A stretch of 64,000 nucleotides of DNA from Ostreococcus lucimarinus (Eukaryota): assembly GCA_000092065.1 (NCBI GenBank), contig CP000592.1. One strand, given 5' to 3'. Position numbers and translations under genes: made by a program. Positions 18,726 through 30,305 of the stretch are shown piece after piece. Position 1 is the stretch's first letter; the number at the start of each line of letters is the position of its first letter. A model generated the notes under the pieces. The model was not told where the DNA came from, ran no database searches, and saw nothing but the letters and a program-made list of their open reading frames with translations.

Positions 18726-19940
18726 CTAAATCAAGTCGGCCACGTTCATGGGCATTTCGTCGATTTGCGTGGAATAGTACTGTTCGATATCTCTGAGCGC
18801 ACGCACGTCGTCTGCCTTGACGAAGTTGATAGCGACGCCCTTGCGTCCGTATCGCCCCGAGCGACCGATGCGATGGATGTAGTTTTCACGGTTGCCCGGA
18901 AGATCATAGTTGATGACTAAAGACACTTGTTGAACGTCGATACCGCGCGCCCAGACGTCGGTTGTGATCAATACGCGCGTCGTACCGCCTCGGAACTCGT
19001 TCATGATTTCCTCGCGCTCCTTTTGAGGCATGTCGCCGTGCATGGCGGAGACTGTGAAGTTGTTCTGTCGCATTTTCTCCGTGAGCCAATCCACCTTCTT
19101 CTTCGTGTTGCAAAAGATCACCGCTTGCGTGATCGTCAGCGTGTCGTACAAATCGCAAAGCGTGTCGAACTTCCATTCCTCGCGTTCGACGGCGACGAAG
19201 AACTGCTTAATACCTTCAAGCGTTAATTCGTCGCGCTTGACCAAGATGCGCATCGGATCCGTCATAAACTTGCTCGTCATCTCCAACACTTCGTTCGGCA
19301 GCGTGGCGCTCACCAACACCACCTGCGTTTCCGGCGGCAAGTATCTATACACATCGTAAATCTGTTCCTTGAACCCTTTATTCAACATTTCATCCGCCTC
19401 GTCGAGGACCAAAATCTTAATCCCGCGCGTGCGTAAATTCCGCCGCTTTATCATATCGAACACCCGTCCCGGCGTCCCACTGACGATGTGACAGCCGTAA
19501 TCTAATTTACGAATGTCATCCCCGATCGACCGTCCCCCGATGCACGCGTGCACTTGCACGTTCATAAAATTCCCCAGCGACAGCGCCGTCTTCTCCGTCT
19601 GCACCGCCAACTCTCGCGTCGGCGACAGCACCAATCCCTGCACCTCCCTCGATGTCGTGTCCAACATCTGACACAGCGCCAGCGATATCATCGACGTCTT
19701 CCCCGTCCCGCTCTGCGCCTGCGCGATCACGTCCCGTCCGGATATTATCGGCACCACCGCTCGCTGTTGAATCGCGCTCGGCTTTTCGAACCCGTACGAG
19801 TACAGCCCGCGCAGCAAATCCTCACGAATTCCCATCGCGTCGAACGTCGCGCGCGGTTCGATCCCTTCCGACGTCTCGAACGATATCTTTTCATCCGCGT
19901 CGTAGCTCGTCGCGGTTCGCTTGCCCGCGTCTTTCGCCAT
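18726..19940 (-). CDS. EIF4A: Eukaryotic initiation factor 4A (DEAD-box RNA helicase)
   Basis: Contains the Q-motif, [18 protein letters not shown] (VLDEADEM), SAT and [13 protein letters not shown] motifs, and the typical eIF4A N-terminus MAKDAGKRT...[32 protein letters not shown] runs to 20474 through a (CGA)n spacer; start trimmed to Met19940. Confidence 0.9.
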   Translation of the reverse strand: MAKDAGKRTATSYDADEKISFETSEGIEPRATFDAMGIREDLLRGLYSYGFEKPSAIQQRAVVPIISGRDVIAQAQSGTGKTSMISLALCQMLDTTSREVQGLVLSPTRELAVQTEKTALSLGNFMNVQVHACIGGRSIGDDIRKLDYGCHIVSGTPGRVFDMIKRRNLRTRGIKILVLDEADEMLNKGFKEQIYDVYRYLPPETQVVLVSATLPNEVLEMTSKFMTDPMRILVKRDELTLEGIKQFFVAVEREEWKFDTLCDLYDTLTITQAVIFCNTKKKVDWLTEKMRQNNFTVSAMHGDMPQKEREEIMNEFRGGTTRVLITTDVWARGIDVQQVSLVINYDLPGNRENYIHRIGRSGRYGRKGVAINFVKADDVRALRDIEQYYSTQIDEMPMNVADLI

Positions 19941-20036
19941 CGCGCGCGCTCGCCGCCGTCGATTCGCCGCCGCCGACGCCGCCGTCGACGGAACGATTCG
20001 CGCGCGGTCCGACCGCGCGCGCGCGACGGTGACGAC

Positions 20037-20037
<1 letters not shown>

Positions 20038-20069
<32 letters not shown>
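20038..20069. repeat. (CGA)10 microsatellite in the eIF4A 5' spacer
   Basis: Seen directly. Confidence 0.9.
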
Positions 20070-20070
<1 letters not shown>

Positions 20071-20250
20071 CTCGCGTCGGTCGCGACGCTCGAGCACGCG
20101 AGCGCGAATGCGGCGCGCGATGCGCGCGAATGCGCGACCTCGAGGTCTTCGGCGATGTCGACGCATTGAGACGCGCGCGCGAGTCGGTGCGCGACGCGCT
20201 CGAGCGGCGCGCGCGCCGTCGACGCGCGCGCGCAGCGCCTATCGGTCGTC

Positions 20251-23200
20251 ATGGCGCCCGCGTGGCACGGGCCGTACTGCGTGAGCGTCGTCGCCGTCAT
20301 GTTCATCGCGCTGCTGAAAAATGTCGCGGGGCCGGACGTGTTGATGCTCGGCGCGCTCGCGCTCGAGCTCGCGGCTTCGATCGTGGACCTGGGCGAGGGA
20401 TTGAAGGGGTTCAGCAATAAAGGCTTGCTCACCGTCGCGTGCTTGTTCGTCGTGGCGGCGGGGATATCGAACACGGGCGCGCTGGACTATTACATGAGCA
20501 AAGCCTTGGGGACGCCGAAGAGCGCGGCGGACGCGCAGCTGCGGTTGATGGTGCCGATCGCGGTGGTGAGCGCGTTTTTGAATAATACGCCGGTGGTGGC
20601 GATCATGATACCGATCGTGCAGAAGTGGTCGCGGAAGTGTAAGATTTCGTCGGCGCAGTTGTTCATACCGCTGTCGTTTAGCTCGATTTTAGGCGGCACG
20701 TGCACGCTGATCGGGACGTCGACGAATTTGGTCGTCGATGGCATGCGACGGGAGCGATATCCCAATGAACGCGCGCTCGGGTTGTTTGAGCTGTCGAAGT
20801 TTGGCGTGCCGGTGTTGCTGAGCGGGTTGGCGTACATGCTCATCGCGGCGCCGGCATTGCTGCCGGGCGGCGCGCGAGACGGCAATCGCGCGGGGGGGCA
20901 AGACATGGATATGGACGATTTAACCGTAGGTGCAGTCGTTCCGCGTGGTTCACCCGTCGTGGACGCCGAAGTCGCTGTCTTGCGCGGGTTGAATGGGTTG
21001 TATCTCGTCAGCGTGCAGCGAGGCGACATGCTGATGCGCGCAGTACAACCAGATTTCATTCTCGAGGTTGGTGACATCTTGATCTTCACCGGTCTCGTCG
21101 ATCGCATAGGGGAAGTGTGTAAAACACACGGCTTGGTGCCGCTCACGCACGAAGTGGAGGAGAAAATGTTAGAAGAGAAGAGGAATTCGTTCGACGATTA
21201 TCGCAAGACCAATGAACGCTCAGGTGAAAACGCCGAAAGCACGGTGACGTTTCCTCCGCGCGCGAGGACGCCCTCGCTCACTGGTCAGTCGCAGGACGAC
21301 AGTGGTATTCGAGGCGTTGCGTGGATGCATCGGGAGTCGAGAAAAGATGGGCGAGCGAGTATAGAGTTGCACACGTACGAAAAGATGCTTCGCAAGTTCA
21401 AGTCGAGCGGCAACGACGAAGACGCCGACGGGAGCGCGAGCGATAAAGCCGCCACATCACCGCCGAGCGAGCAGAGAACGCAAAGTGGACGCGCAAGTTT
21501 AGATTACAACTTCAAGCACGGTGAGCGTCGACGACAATTAAGCGACGATATGCGTGAGCATGACTATTTCACTCAGTCGGTTGAGGTCATTCGCGCTCGC
21601 ATACTCGAAAACTCTCCGCTCGTCGGCACAACGCCATCGGAGTGCAAGTTTAGGCACAAATTTAAAGCGTCCATAATGGCGGTGCAGAGTATGGGCGAGA
21701 AATCAGGGACAGGGAACGACGTCCGCCGAGGGCATCTCGGGACGACGATTTTCCGAGCCAACGATATTCTTATGCTTCATGTCTCTCAAGAGAGCCCACT
21801 TCTGGTGCAAAAGCAAGAACGTGAAGCTGCGTCAGCGGAAAACTCGCGACGTGGACTTCCTTCGCCAGGTTCGCGACGGAATTTGTCCTTGGATGCCATC
21901 GAGGCGTCGACGTACACGTGCGGGAACGATTTGGAGGTTTTGCTCACCGACGCGAAGACCGAACTTAACTTTAACGAGTTTGCCATTCCCATGCGCGTCG
22001 TGAGTGGAGGGGCGTTGGATGGCAAAACCATCAGAGGCGTTGATCTGGCGAACGTGCCGGGTTTATTTTGCACGGCAATTCAATCGAACGCGAGCAGCGA
22101 AATGCGCATACCGGACGCCGAGACAATTCTTAATGGTGAAGATATTTTGTGGTTTGCGGGCGATATGAACGGTATGCAGACGCTTCGACGCATTCCTGGG
22201 TTAGTTTCGCAAGAAAATCAAGTGGAAAAGCTCAAGCACGTCCGTAAAACTGATCGAAGATTAGTGCAAGCCGTGATATCACAAGGGAGCTCGCTCGTGG
22301 GGAGATGCGTCCGTGACACGCACTTCAGAACGCGTTACGACGCCGTCATCATCGCTGTCCAACGCAGTGGAGGGCGTATACAGGCGAGAATCGGCGATAT
22401 CGTACTCGAAGCGGGCGACGTTTTGCTCCTGGACACGTCGACGAGTTTTTTGCTTGATCATAAGTCGGATCCGACGTTTGCGCTCATCTCTGAAATCGAA
22501 GACTCCGCTCCGCCGCAATTCGACAAGCTTCTTCCTTCTCTCGGCACAGCAGTAGTGATGATAGCTGTTTTTGTCGCCGGTGCGCTCGATCTCTTCGTCG
22601 CCGCGTTACTGGCTTCGGGCGTCATGCTCGCCACGGGATGTCTGACACAGGAGCAGGCGCGCGCGGCGGTCAAATGGGACGTCATTGTCACGATAGCTGC
22701 CGCGTTCGGAATTTCCGCGGCGATGGAGCAAAGTGGTGTCGCTGCCGGGATTGCATCGACGCTCGTGAGCGCCGGCAACGGCATGGGTACTGGGAAGCCG
22801 GGAATTCTCGTCGCCGTCTACCTCGCCACAGTTGTGTTGTGCAACATCGTCGGTAACAACGCCGCCGCCGCGCTCATGTACCCCATCGCCGCTGGCGCTG
22901 CGGAAAAGCAAGGGATTGATAACGTTCAGATGAGCTACTTGCTCATGCTTGCCGCTTCGGCATCGTTCATGTCTCCATTTGGTTACCAAACCAACTTGAT
23001 GGTGTACGGTCCAGGCGGCTACGTTTTCGCCAATTTCCTCAAGTTCGGCGCACCGATGCAAGTAGTTCAGCTGATCGTCTCTGTTTCTGTTGTTCTACTC
23101 GACAGCAAGTGGTGGATCGGGTGGATCGTGGGTTTCGGCGCCATCCTCACGATTTACCTAACGCGTCTCGTCGTGCCAATTATACGCAAACGGCGAGACG

Positions 23201-23256
23201 CCGCGCGCGGCGGCTCGACCGATTCGCGGCTCGACCCCATTCAGGAAGTTCTGTGA
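20251..23256 (+). CDS. SLT: SLC13/DASS-family anion permease with two central TrkA-C (RCK_C) domains; architecture of the algal SLT Na+/sulfate cotransporters
   Basis: N-terminal permease half ([22 protein letters not shown]...[15 protein letters not shown]). Two TrkA-C-like modules ([19 protein letters not shown]...[12 protein letters not shown] and [21 protein letters not shown]...[10 protein letters not shown]). C-terminal permease half ([14 protein letters not shown]...). A long low-complexity insert lies between the TrkA-C modules. Confidence 0.8.
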   Translation: MAPAWHGPYCVSVVAVMFIALLKNVAGPDVLMLGALALELAASIVDLGEGLKGFSNKGLLTVACLFVVAAGISNTGALDYYMSKALGTPKSAADAQLRLMVPIAVVSAFLNNTPVVAIMIPIVQKWSRKCKISSAQLFIPLSFSSILGGTCTLIGTSTNLVVDGMRRERYPNERALGLFELSKFGVPVLLSGLAYMLIAAPALLPGGARDGNRAGGQDMDMDDLTVGAVVPRGSPVVDAEVAVLRGLNGLYLVSVQRGDMLMRAVQPDFILEVGDILIFTGLVDRIGEVCKTHGLVPLTHEVEEKMLEEKRNSFDDYRKTNERSGENAESTVTFPPRARTPSLTGQSQDDSGIRGVAWMHRESRKDGRASIELHTYEKMLRKFKSSGNDEDADGSASDKAATSPPSEQRTQSGRASLDYNFKHGERRRQLSDDMREHDYFTQSVEVIRARILENSPLVGTTPSECKFRHKFKASIMAVQSMGEKSGTGNDVRRGHLGTTIFRANDILMLHVSQESPLLVQKQEREAASAENSRRGLPSPGSRRNLSLDAIEASTYTCGNDLEVLLTDAKTELNFNEFAIPMRVVSGGALDGKTIRGVDLANVPGLFCTAIQSNASSEMRIPDAETILNGEDILWFAGDMNGMQTLRRIPGLVSQENQVEKLKHVRKTDRRLVQAVISQGSSLVGRCVRDTHFRTRYDAVIIAVQRSGGRIQARIGDIVLEAGDVLLLDTSTSFLLDHKSDPTFALISEIEDSAPPQFDKLLPSLGTAVVMIAVFVAGALDLFVAALLASGVMLATGCLTQEQARAAVKWDVIVTIAAAFGISAAMEQSGVAAGIASTLVSAGNGMGTGKPGILVAVYLATVVLCNIVGNNAAAALMYPIAAGAAEKQGIDNVQMSYLLMLAASASFMSPFGYQTNLMVYGPGGYVFANFLKFGAPMQVVQLIVSVSVVLLDSKWWIGWIVGFGAILTIYLTRLVVPIIRKRRDAARGGSTDSRLDPIQEVL

Positions 23257-23476
23257 CCGACGCGAACAGCGACACCACCCACTCGTAGAGCGTCCGTCGC
23301 GATATTTAAGAACGATAAACGACTGTACAATAACCACATCCGCACGCTCTTTCTACCGACGAATCGCATCCGCGCATCGTTTCGCGAGCGTCACGGGCGA
23401 CGCGCGTCTCCGTCCTCACCCACCGCACCTCGAGGCCTCACTCACCCTCGCGCGTTTCTCGCAGCGGATTCCCGCC

Positions 23477-25138
23477 ATGACGGATAGCGCAGTCATTCTC
23501 CATCGCGTCGCTCTGAACGCGGCGTTCATCGCCGTCGGCTACGCGCTGCGCGCGCTGAAAATACTTACCCTCGAAGATGGCAAAACCGTCTTTCGCTTTG
23601 CCACGAACGTGACGCTTCCAGCGCTGTTACTGTACGTCATGACGCGCGCGAGCGCGGTGGGCGCGTCCAGTGGATTGAGTGCGACCGTATCCACGGTGAG
23701 CGCGATCATTCCCGCGTGCTCGTTGCTCGTGGGCGTGGGATGTTCGTTCGGGGCGTACCTCGCGTATCGCAAGTCGCCGGCGCGCGCGAGAGGGTTAGCC
23801 GTCGGGAGCGCGACGGGGGTGAATTTAGGAATGTTTGCGTACCCGTTCGTGGAAGCGATATGGGGGGTGCCTGGTCTGGCGCTATGCGCGATGTGGGACG
23901 CTCCGAACGCGGTGGTGGTGTTCGGCGCGGCGAAGGCTATTTTCGCCGCCGAGCAAAAGCACGGCGACGCGTCTCGAGCCGTGCACGACGACGGCGGGAT
24001 TTACGACGGGGAGTGGTTAGATAAGAAAAAGCACGGGTACGGGTGTTACAAGTACCCGAGCGGGGCGACGTACGAAGGGCAGTGGAAGAATAACGTCAAG
24101 GATGGCTTGGGGGTGTACACGTACGGCAAGGGCGGTTCGTACGCCGGCGAGTTCAAGCGCGGTCGGTTCGACGGGACGGGGATTCGCGTGCTGCGCACGG
24201 GCGCTGTCAAGGCGGGATTATGGGAAGACAACGAGTTTGTCGAGGCTACGACGGTAAAGGATTGCGAAGGGACGATTGCGGCGACGAACGCGGCGGTATC
24301 GACGGCTCGCAAAGCCGCCGAGGCGAGCAACCTCACGATGAAGGATTTATTTTGGAAGGTGGCGAAATTTCCACCGGTGATCGCGGTGACATTGGCCAGT
24401 ATGATGAACTTCACTGGTATTGCACTCCCTCAGACTGCTTCGCAGCTCGTCGTGCCGCTGGCGAACGCGAATAACCCGATCGTGTTGCTCACGCTCGGCG
24501 TCCTTTTCAAGCCAGCGATGGACCGAATGCAAGTGCAAGCGGTGGCTAAATTTATCGGCGTGAAATACGGTCTTGGGTTGCTATCGGCGGCGGTATGTAC
24601 ATTATTCATTCCACAAAGTTTCGCGCTCGCGCGAGGCGTCATAGCCGCGCTGTGCGTGATGCCTGTGCCGTCCATCGTCATGCAATACTCGGCCGAGCAC
24701 GAAAACGACGGCCAACTTGCGGCGGCGATTGTCTTGAGCTCGCAAGCCATGACGCTCGTTTTGATCTGTTGTTTCGCCGTCGTCGCGCCGTACATCGTGA
24801 GTATTGATAAATTCGTGTTTTCGGGCGCCCTTCTTGCTGGCGCCGTTGCCGTGGGCGTAGCGAGCGCCGTCGGCGTCCTGGCGTTGAAGCCGTCTCGGGT
24901 AGACAAGGCGAAGAGTCCGGGCGTGGCGGTGGCACCGACGGCGAGCATGCGATCGACATCCCCACGAAACATCGCTCATCGGCGACAACGGCGCGATGTT
25001 ACGGTAAACATCGCCGTTAATGCCCCTCTTCGTGCGCTGACTGCTCGAGGTTCTTCCTTTACGTCGGCGAAGCGGTCGGCGCCGCAAGCGCCTTTGCGAG
25101 CGGCTCTGAGCGGCGGTGTAAAATTAGTAGGATTGTGA
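23477..25138 (+). CDS. Mem_trans (auxin-efflux-carrier / PIN-LIKES-type) membrane protein with MORN repeats in the central loop
   Basis: N-terminal TM block MTDSAVILHRVALNAAFIAVGYALRALKILTLEDGKTVFRFATNVTLPALLLYV is Mem_trans-like; a C-terminal TM block follows. The central loop holds at least 4 MORN-type repeats (YDGEWLDKKKHGYG, YEGQWKNNVKDGLG, YAGEFKRGRFDGTG...). Confidence 0.55.
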   Translation: MTDSAVILHRVALNAAFIAVGYALRALKILTLEDGKTVFRFATNVTLPALLLYVMTRASAVGASSGLSATVSTVSAIIPACSLLVGVGCSFGAYLAYRKSPARARGLAVGSATGVNLGMFAYPFVEAIWGVPGLALCAMWDAPNAVVVFGAAKAIFAAEQKHGDASRAVHDDGGIYDGEWLDKKKHGYGCYKYPSGATYEGQWKNNVKDGLGVYTYGKGGSYAGEFKRGRFDGTGIRVLRTGAVKAGLWEDNEFVEATTVKDCEGTIAATNAAVSTARKAAEASNLTMKDLFWKVAKFPPVIAVTLASMMNFTGIALPQTASQLVVPLANANNPIVLLTLGVLFKPAMDRMQVQAVAKFIGVKYGLGLLSAAVCTLFIPQSFALARGVIAALCVMPVPSIVMQYSAEHENDGQLAAAIVLSSQAMTLVLICCFAVVAPYIVSIDKFVFSGALLAGAVAVGVASAVGVLALKPSRVDKAKSPGVAVAPTASMRSTSPRNIAHRRQRRDVTVNIAVNAPLRALTARGSSFTSAKRSAPQAPLRAALSGGVKLVGL

Positions 25139-25247
25139 TCGCGCACTCGAAGTATAAATAGATTGATAGTGCTTTTTATTGACATCACACGTTACGTAAG
25201 TTCGTGGGATTTTCAAAACTGCTATTGGAAAACTCGCGCGCCTTTAC

Positions 25248-26268
25248 TCAACTTTCTGCAGTCATGGTTTCGGCTTCCTCGCGAATCGTGCTGTACAGCG
25301 CGGAAGACAAGTAACGCTCGCCAAAGGACGGGAACACCGTCGTGATGAGCTTACCAGCGTTCTCCGGGCGCTTGGCGAGCTGAATCGCCGCCGCGGCCGC
25401 GGCACCGGAGGAGATACCGACCATCAAACCTTCTTGCAACGCGAGCTCCTTGGCCATCGATATGGCGTCGTCGCTCGCGATTTGCACAACTTCGTCGATG
25501 ACGTCCATGTCCAAAATACCCGGGATAAAGCCCGCACCGATGCCTTGAATCTTATGCGGACCCGGTCCACCGCCCGAGAGCACGGGAGACTCCGTCGGCT
25601 CGACGGCGACAATCTTAATGTTCGGGTTCTTGCTCTTCAAGTAGCGACCGGTGCCGGTGATGGTGCCGCCAGTCCCGACGCCCGCGACAAAGATATCGAT
25701 CTGTCCCGCGGTGTCTTCCCAAATCTCCGGTCCCGTGGTTTCAAAATGTACCTTCGGGTTAGCCGGGTTTTCAAACTGTTGCAGCACGTACGAGTTCGGC
25801 GTCTTGGCGGCGATTTCCTCCGCCTTTTGCACCGCTCCCTTCATCCCTTTCGCCGGGTCCGTCAACACCAAATTCGCCCCAAACGCCTTCAACAGAATCC
25901 GTCGCTCGAGGCTCATCGATGCCGGCATCGTAAGCGTAAGCTTATACCCCTTCGCCGCCGCGATGAAGGCCAATCCGATGCCGGTGTTCCCGCTCGTCGG
26001 TTCCACGAGCGTCGTCTTCCCCGGCGTAATCTTCCCCTCTTCCTCCGCCGCCGCGATCATGCTCCATCCGATGCGATCCTTCACGCTGCAGCACGGTTCC
26101 ATTATCTCGAGTTTCGCCGCAATCTCCGCCCCGCATCCCTCCGACGTCTTATTCAAGTACACCATCGGCGTGCATCCCACGAGTTGCGTCACGTTGTCCG
26201 CGATGTTTACGTTTCCCGCTCGCGTCGTCGTTCGCGTTCGCGTCTTCCGCGTCGTCCGCGTCGTCTTC

Positions 26269-26305
<37 letters not shown>

Positions 26306-26336
26306 TCGTCATCGCGCGCACCATCGAGATGGCCAT
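25248..26336 (-). CDS. OASTL: Cysteine synthase / O-acetylserine (thiol) lyase with poly-Thr N-terminal presequence
   Basis: PLP-enzyme blocks CSVKDR (Lys Schiff base), [10 protein letters not shown] and [10 protein letters not shown], with full-length collinearity to plant OASTL. N-terminus [24 protein letters not shown] is encoded by (ACG)n. Confidence 0.9.
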
Positions 26337-26655
26337 CGCGGCGTTCGATCCGTGTCGAGGTCCTGCGAGACGATCGCCGAATCGTCGCGGCTTTCGTCAG
26401 TCGTCGCTCGCTCGGTGCTCCGCGGTGCGTCGTACGCGTCGTCCGCGTCGACGATCCGATCGACGTCGCGCACGCACCGTCGCGCGTCGGCGTGTGCGAA
26501 CGACGGAATCGTCGCGCGAGAGACGCCGACCCGGCGGCGACCGCGCGCGAGGACGCGCTCAACCCTAGTCTAAGGTTTTCCTTGGAAGGTTTTCTTGCGA
26601 ATGCGCGGCGGCGCGAAGGGCGCGGCGACCGAGGCGCGTGACGATGAAAACGGAC

Positions 26656-29600
26656 CTACGAGCGCGGACGCGCGGCGGTGCGAACGCAGATGCGGGTGTG
26701 GTCGTCGTACGCGATGACGCGATGGGCGTGGTCGGGGAGGGGTGGCGAGGCGCGGACGGCGAACTCGGCGACGCGACGACGACGCTCGAGGCGAAGCGCC
26801 AAGTACGCGCGCTCGGCGGGGGATTGGCAGTCGGTGTACACGACGTGGAGGGATGAGGCCGGGATATCGCGAGCGCGGATGGTTTCGCACGCGTCGGCGG
26901 CGGTGAGGAGGCGGGAAATGAGATCCGGGGGGGCGTCGGGAAGCCTGGCGCGCGCGGACGCCGCGCGAAACGTCGCGCGCTCGGCGACTTGGAGCGAGGC
27001 GAAGACGAAATCGTACTCGTCCAGCGTCAACGGCTCGGTGCGCGCGAAAAAGTGCGAGCACGTGTCGATTGCTGTTTTGATCGATTCGTGCGTCTCCGCC
27101 GGTGCTCGCGCTGATGCTTCCTCCGACGACGTGAGCCACCACGACGACAAAATAGCCGCCGTCGCCGCGCACGCGCATCGCGCGGCGACGTCGAAGAGCG
27201 CGGTGGCTGGGATCGTCTCGAGATAATGCATCGCTTTCTCGCCCTCAACGATCGGATCAAACAGAGGGTGCTGTTTATGCGCCGGCACGCGCGGCGCGCG
27301 CGTCCATAGCTCGAGCCACGTGTTTCCGTCGCGGCGCATTCTGTCGCTCAAGCGTCCGCTCGATTCGTCTGTTTGTTCTTCTCCGGCGCCGGAGACGATC
27401 CAATCTTTGGGAGAGTGCCAACGCACGAAATCTTCAAACACCGCGCGTGGATTCGCGGCTTTGAACGCGGACATATCGGACACGAGCGAATCGCTTTGAA
27501 TGCGTTGTCGCGCGGCGCGACCCTCGTCGTCGTCTCCGAACGCTCGAAGCGCCGCTTCGCGCTCCGCCAACGCGTCCTCCGTCATGCACGGTGCTTCTTG
27601 CGTGATCGGCGCGCGAATGAACGCATGCGGTGCGTTCAACAAACGAATTTTCAGTGTCTCTGAGACCCCTTCCGCGCGGCTGTCGTCGCCGTCTTCGGGC
27701 GACAAATCTTCCTCGGCGCTCGCGTACTCGTCCGACTTCGCCGTCGTCGCGCTCTCGCTCCCGCTCATCGCTCTCTCGAGCGCTGCGCTCGAAAGCTCAA
27801 CGTCGCCACTCAACAGCGCGTTTAAATCTAATTCATCGTCCACGGGATGACGCATTCTCGTCGACGTCGAGCTCGTGGTTTTGAGCAAACGATCGAACTC
27901 GTCACCACGTGGCGAGTCGGCGGATCTCGGCTGCGCGCCGTCGCTCGCTCGCGTCGACGCGTGCAACTCGGCGTCGCTCTTCGCGTTCCTTCGCGCGATG
28001 CATTGATTAAGCATCTGCAATTTTTGGTAAACTATGCATGCGCCGTGATCGATGCCTAGAATTTCATCGCGCACGACGCCTGGAACGAGTCGTCCCCGTT
28101 CCCAGTATTCGCGTCGCAACTCGCGAGCGAAAGCGTTCCACGAATGCGCCACCGCGCGCGGATTTTTCAACGAGCAGCACGCGTGAAGGGCGAAACGGGC
28201 AAGGATAGAATTGGCAGGCGCCGTTTTGTACGGTTCACGAAACGACTCTTGCGTCACCAACGCCGTCGTCGCGAAGGACGTAAAGATATCACGCGTCACC
28301 CCTCGAGCCGTTTCGTCGTTCGGTATGTGAGGCGTCTGGTATCCGCGCTCGACCCAAAACTCCGCGCTCGCCAAAGTCATCGTGTCCAATGCCCCCGTCA
28401 CATCTTCGACATCTTCTCCACGAATGATCTCCGCGCTCTCGATGAGCGAGAATATCGCCTCGCTCATCGATGACGTGTCGCTCGAAATGACGGCGTCGTC
28501 CTCCTCGCCTCGATCTCGCGCCGCTTGCGTGAGGTCGCCCCGCAAACGCCAAATCGGCGCGTCTTCGACGTCGAGATCGGAGAATGTGACGCAATCTAAG
28601 CGCACATCGAGCCAGAGCGCGTCCACCTCTAACGTCCGCCACGGATCCTCCGCGTGTACCCATGCAGCCCAAGGACAATCGTCGTCCCACTCGTCGACGC
28701 GCAAACCGAAATCGTCGTCGTCGCTCTCGTCTTCAATTTCAGACGTCATCGGCGATGTCGTAGCCTTTGCGCGCGTGAACTCGCGCGTGATGCGCGCTGA
28801 AACAATCGAACTTTCCAAGGCTTTCGTTTCCGCGTCGATATCTGCCGTAGATGGGTTCGAGCGACGCGTCTCGCGAACGCTTCTGTAAAACGCGTTCACG
28901 CACCCCGCGAAAGTTCGCGCCGTTACCTCCTCGCGCGAACTAAAACGCGTGAACCTTGTGACGTCGGTTTCACAAACCGCATCGTCGTTATCATCACCCG
29001 CGCACACGTCCGCGGAAAAATCGCGCTCGTAAAAACCTCGCGGGGTCGCCACCGCCACGGCGCCGCCGACGCGAAGCGCCGACATCGCCAACGCGAACGC
29101 GGATCGCACCGTCAGGGCCTCGTCCTCGTCCACGAACTGCCCCGCCCCGCTCGCGCTCATCGGACGGACTAAAATCACGCACGCACAATCGAAAAACGTG
29201 ACGTAATCGAACCCATCCACCGTTCGTTTCCTCGCGTCGTACTCGGACGAAGCGCGCGCTCCGTCGCGTCCGGCGTCGCGCGCGAGCTCGAGCAAACTCT
29301 TCCCTCGCAGCGTCTCCCACGCGCGTCCGCGTCTGAGCCGTTCGACATCAACGTACATCTCGCACCCGTACGCCTCTTTCCGCCAGTGCAAGCCGTGTTC
29401 GCGAAACTCGCGTCGAAACGCCGCCGCCGCGCTCGCGCGCGTCGAAACCGTCGCCGCGTCCTCGTCCAACCACTCCCGCAGCGTCGTCTCCGCGTCCCGC
29501 GCCAGCGTCTCGAACGGCGTCGCGCACGAGTAATCCTCGTGCGCGACGACGCGACCGTCGTCCGAGCCATCGTCGTCGTCGCGCGGCGCGTCGTCGTCGT

Positions 29601-29718
29601 CGCGCGCGCGTCCCTCGCGCAAAGTCTCGCGCGCATCCTTCGAGCGTCGCGTCGCGTCGTCGACGTTCGCGCGTCGCGCGTCGACGTCGACGCCGGTCGC
29701 GCGCGCGTCGCTCGCCAT
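26656..29718 (-). CDS. Large conserved protein, Rab3-GAP catalytic-subunit-like (tentative)
   Basis: 1020-aa ORF with low antisense coding potential. Blocks such as ILARFALHACCSLKNP...WNAFARELRREYWERGRLVPGV and IVYQKLQMLNQCIARR recall the Rab3GAP1 C-terminal domain. This rests on my memory of the family, not verified. Confidence 0.35.
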   Translation of the reverse strand: MASDARATGVDVDARRANVDDATRRSKDARETLREGRARDDDDAPRDDDDGSDDGRVVAHEDYSCATPFETLARDAETTLREWLDEDAATVSTRASAAAAFRREFREHGLHWRKEAYGCEMYVDVERLRRGRAWETLRGKSLLELARDAGRDGARASSEYDARKRTVDGFDYVTFFDCACVILVRPMSASGAGQFVDEDEALTVRSAFALAMSALRVGGAVAVATPRGFYERDFSADVCAGDDNDDAVCETDVTRFTRFSSREEVTARTFAGCVNAFYRSVRETRRSNPSTADIDAETKALESSIVSARITREFTRAKATTSPMTSEIEDESDDDDFGLRVDEWDDDCPWAAWVHAEDPWRTLEVDALWLDVRLDCVTFSDLDVEDAPIWRLRGDLTQAARDRGEEDDAVISSDTSSMSEAIFSLIESAEIIRGEDVEDVTGALDTMTLASAEFWVERGYQTPHIPNDETARGVTRDIFTSFATTALVTQESFREPYKTAPANSILARFALHACCSLKNPRAVAHSWNAFARELRREYWERGRLVPGVVRDEILGIDHGACIVYQKLQMLNQCIARRNAKSDAELHASTRASDGAQPRSADSPRGDEFDRLLKTTSSTSTRMRHPVDDELDLNALLSGDVELSSAALERAMSGSESATTAKSDEYASAEEDLSPEDGDDSRAEGVSETLKIRLLNAPHAFIRAPITQEAPCMTEDALAEREAALRAFGDDDEGRAARQRIQSDSLVSDMSAFKAANPRAVFEDFVRWHSPKDWIVSGAGEEQTDESSGRLSDRMRRDGNTWLELWTRAPRVPAHKQHPLFDPIVEGEKAMHYLETIPATALFDVAARCACAATAAILSSWWLTSSEEASARAPAETHESIKTAIDTCSHFFARTEPLTLDEYDFVFASLQVAERATFRAASARARLPDAPPDLISRLLTAADACETIRARDIPASSLHVVYTDCQSPAERAYLALRLERRRRVAEFAVRASPPLPDHAHRVIAYDDHTRICVRTAARPRS

Positions 29719-29780
29719 CGCGCGCCGCGCCGCGCGCGCGGACGCGCGACGCGACGTCGCGCGCGACGGCGTGACGATTT

Positions 29781-30305
29781 GTGTCGCGTCACTCGCCGTC
29801 GCGCATGCGCGGCGTCGTCGCCGCCCTCCTGGACCGCGTCCCGGACCGCGTCCCGCGAACGCACGCGCGCTTTTTCGACGTCGCGAACGCGTGCGCGTGC
29901 GCGGCGTGGATCGTCCTCGCGCGCGACGCGCTGCGCGAGAAGAGATCGGCGCGCGCGAGACGTTTCGTCGTCGACGGCGCGGTCGCGACGCTGTGCGCGG
30001 CGTACGCGTGGTTGCTCGTCGCGTGCGTCGCGAAGGGAGTCGACGCGCGCGCGTCGTTCGGCTCGCTCGCGGGCGTGCGCGCGCTGTTCGAGCGCGACGA
30101 CGCGTTGCTCGCGGGGTGGTTGCACTTTTTAGCCTTTGACGCGCGCGTGGCGGATTGGTTGATTGACGAAGAACGCGCGCGGGGGGTGCCGCGAATGTGC
30201 ACGGCGTGCGTCACGCTGCCGTTGACGTTCGCGTGCGGGCCCGTGGGGTACGCGTGGAGCGCGTGCGCGCGAAAAGTGTTGGCGCGCGAAACGCGAAGAC
30301 GATGA
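29781..30305 (+). CDS. DUF4281 / ABA4-like (neoxanthin-synthesis-associated) small membrane protein
   Basis: GWLHFLAFDARVADWLIDEERARGVPR...TLPLTFACGPVGYAWSA matches the conserved W.HLL..DLF.AR....D...P...L...CP.G motif of the ABA4/DUF4281 family. Start could be Met29805 (MRGVV...). Confidence 0.5.
   Translation: MSRHSPSRMRGVVAALLDRVPDRVPRTHARFFDVANACACAAWIVLARDALREKRSARARRFVVDGAVATLCAAYAWLLVACVAKGVDARASFGSLAGVRALFERDDALLAGWLHFLAFDARVADWLIDEERARGVPRMCTACVTLPLTFACGPVGYAWSACARKVLARETRRR

Noticed and set aside
19548-20420. 290-aa plus-strand ORF over the eIF4A 5' end and spacer
   Set aside because: Arg/His-rich low complexity; includes read-through of the (CGA)n microsatellite.
25434-26573. 379-aa and 305-aa plus-strand ORFs antisense to cysteine synthase
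   Set aside because: Antisense artefacts; the minus-strand product is a textbook PLP enzyme.
26570-27260. ORFs 26570..27178 -, 26678..27226 +, 27027..27260 - within the Rab3GAP-like gene 3' region
   Set aside because: Out-of-frame or antisense to the long 26656..29718 ORF; low complexity.
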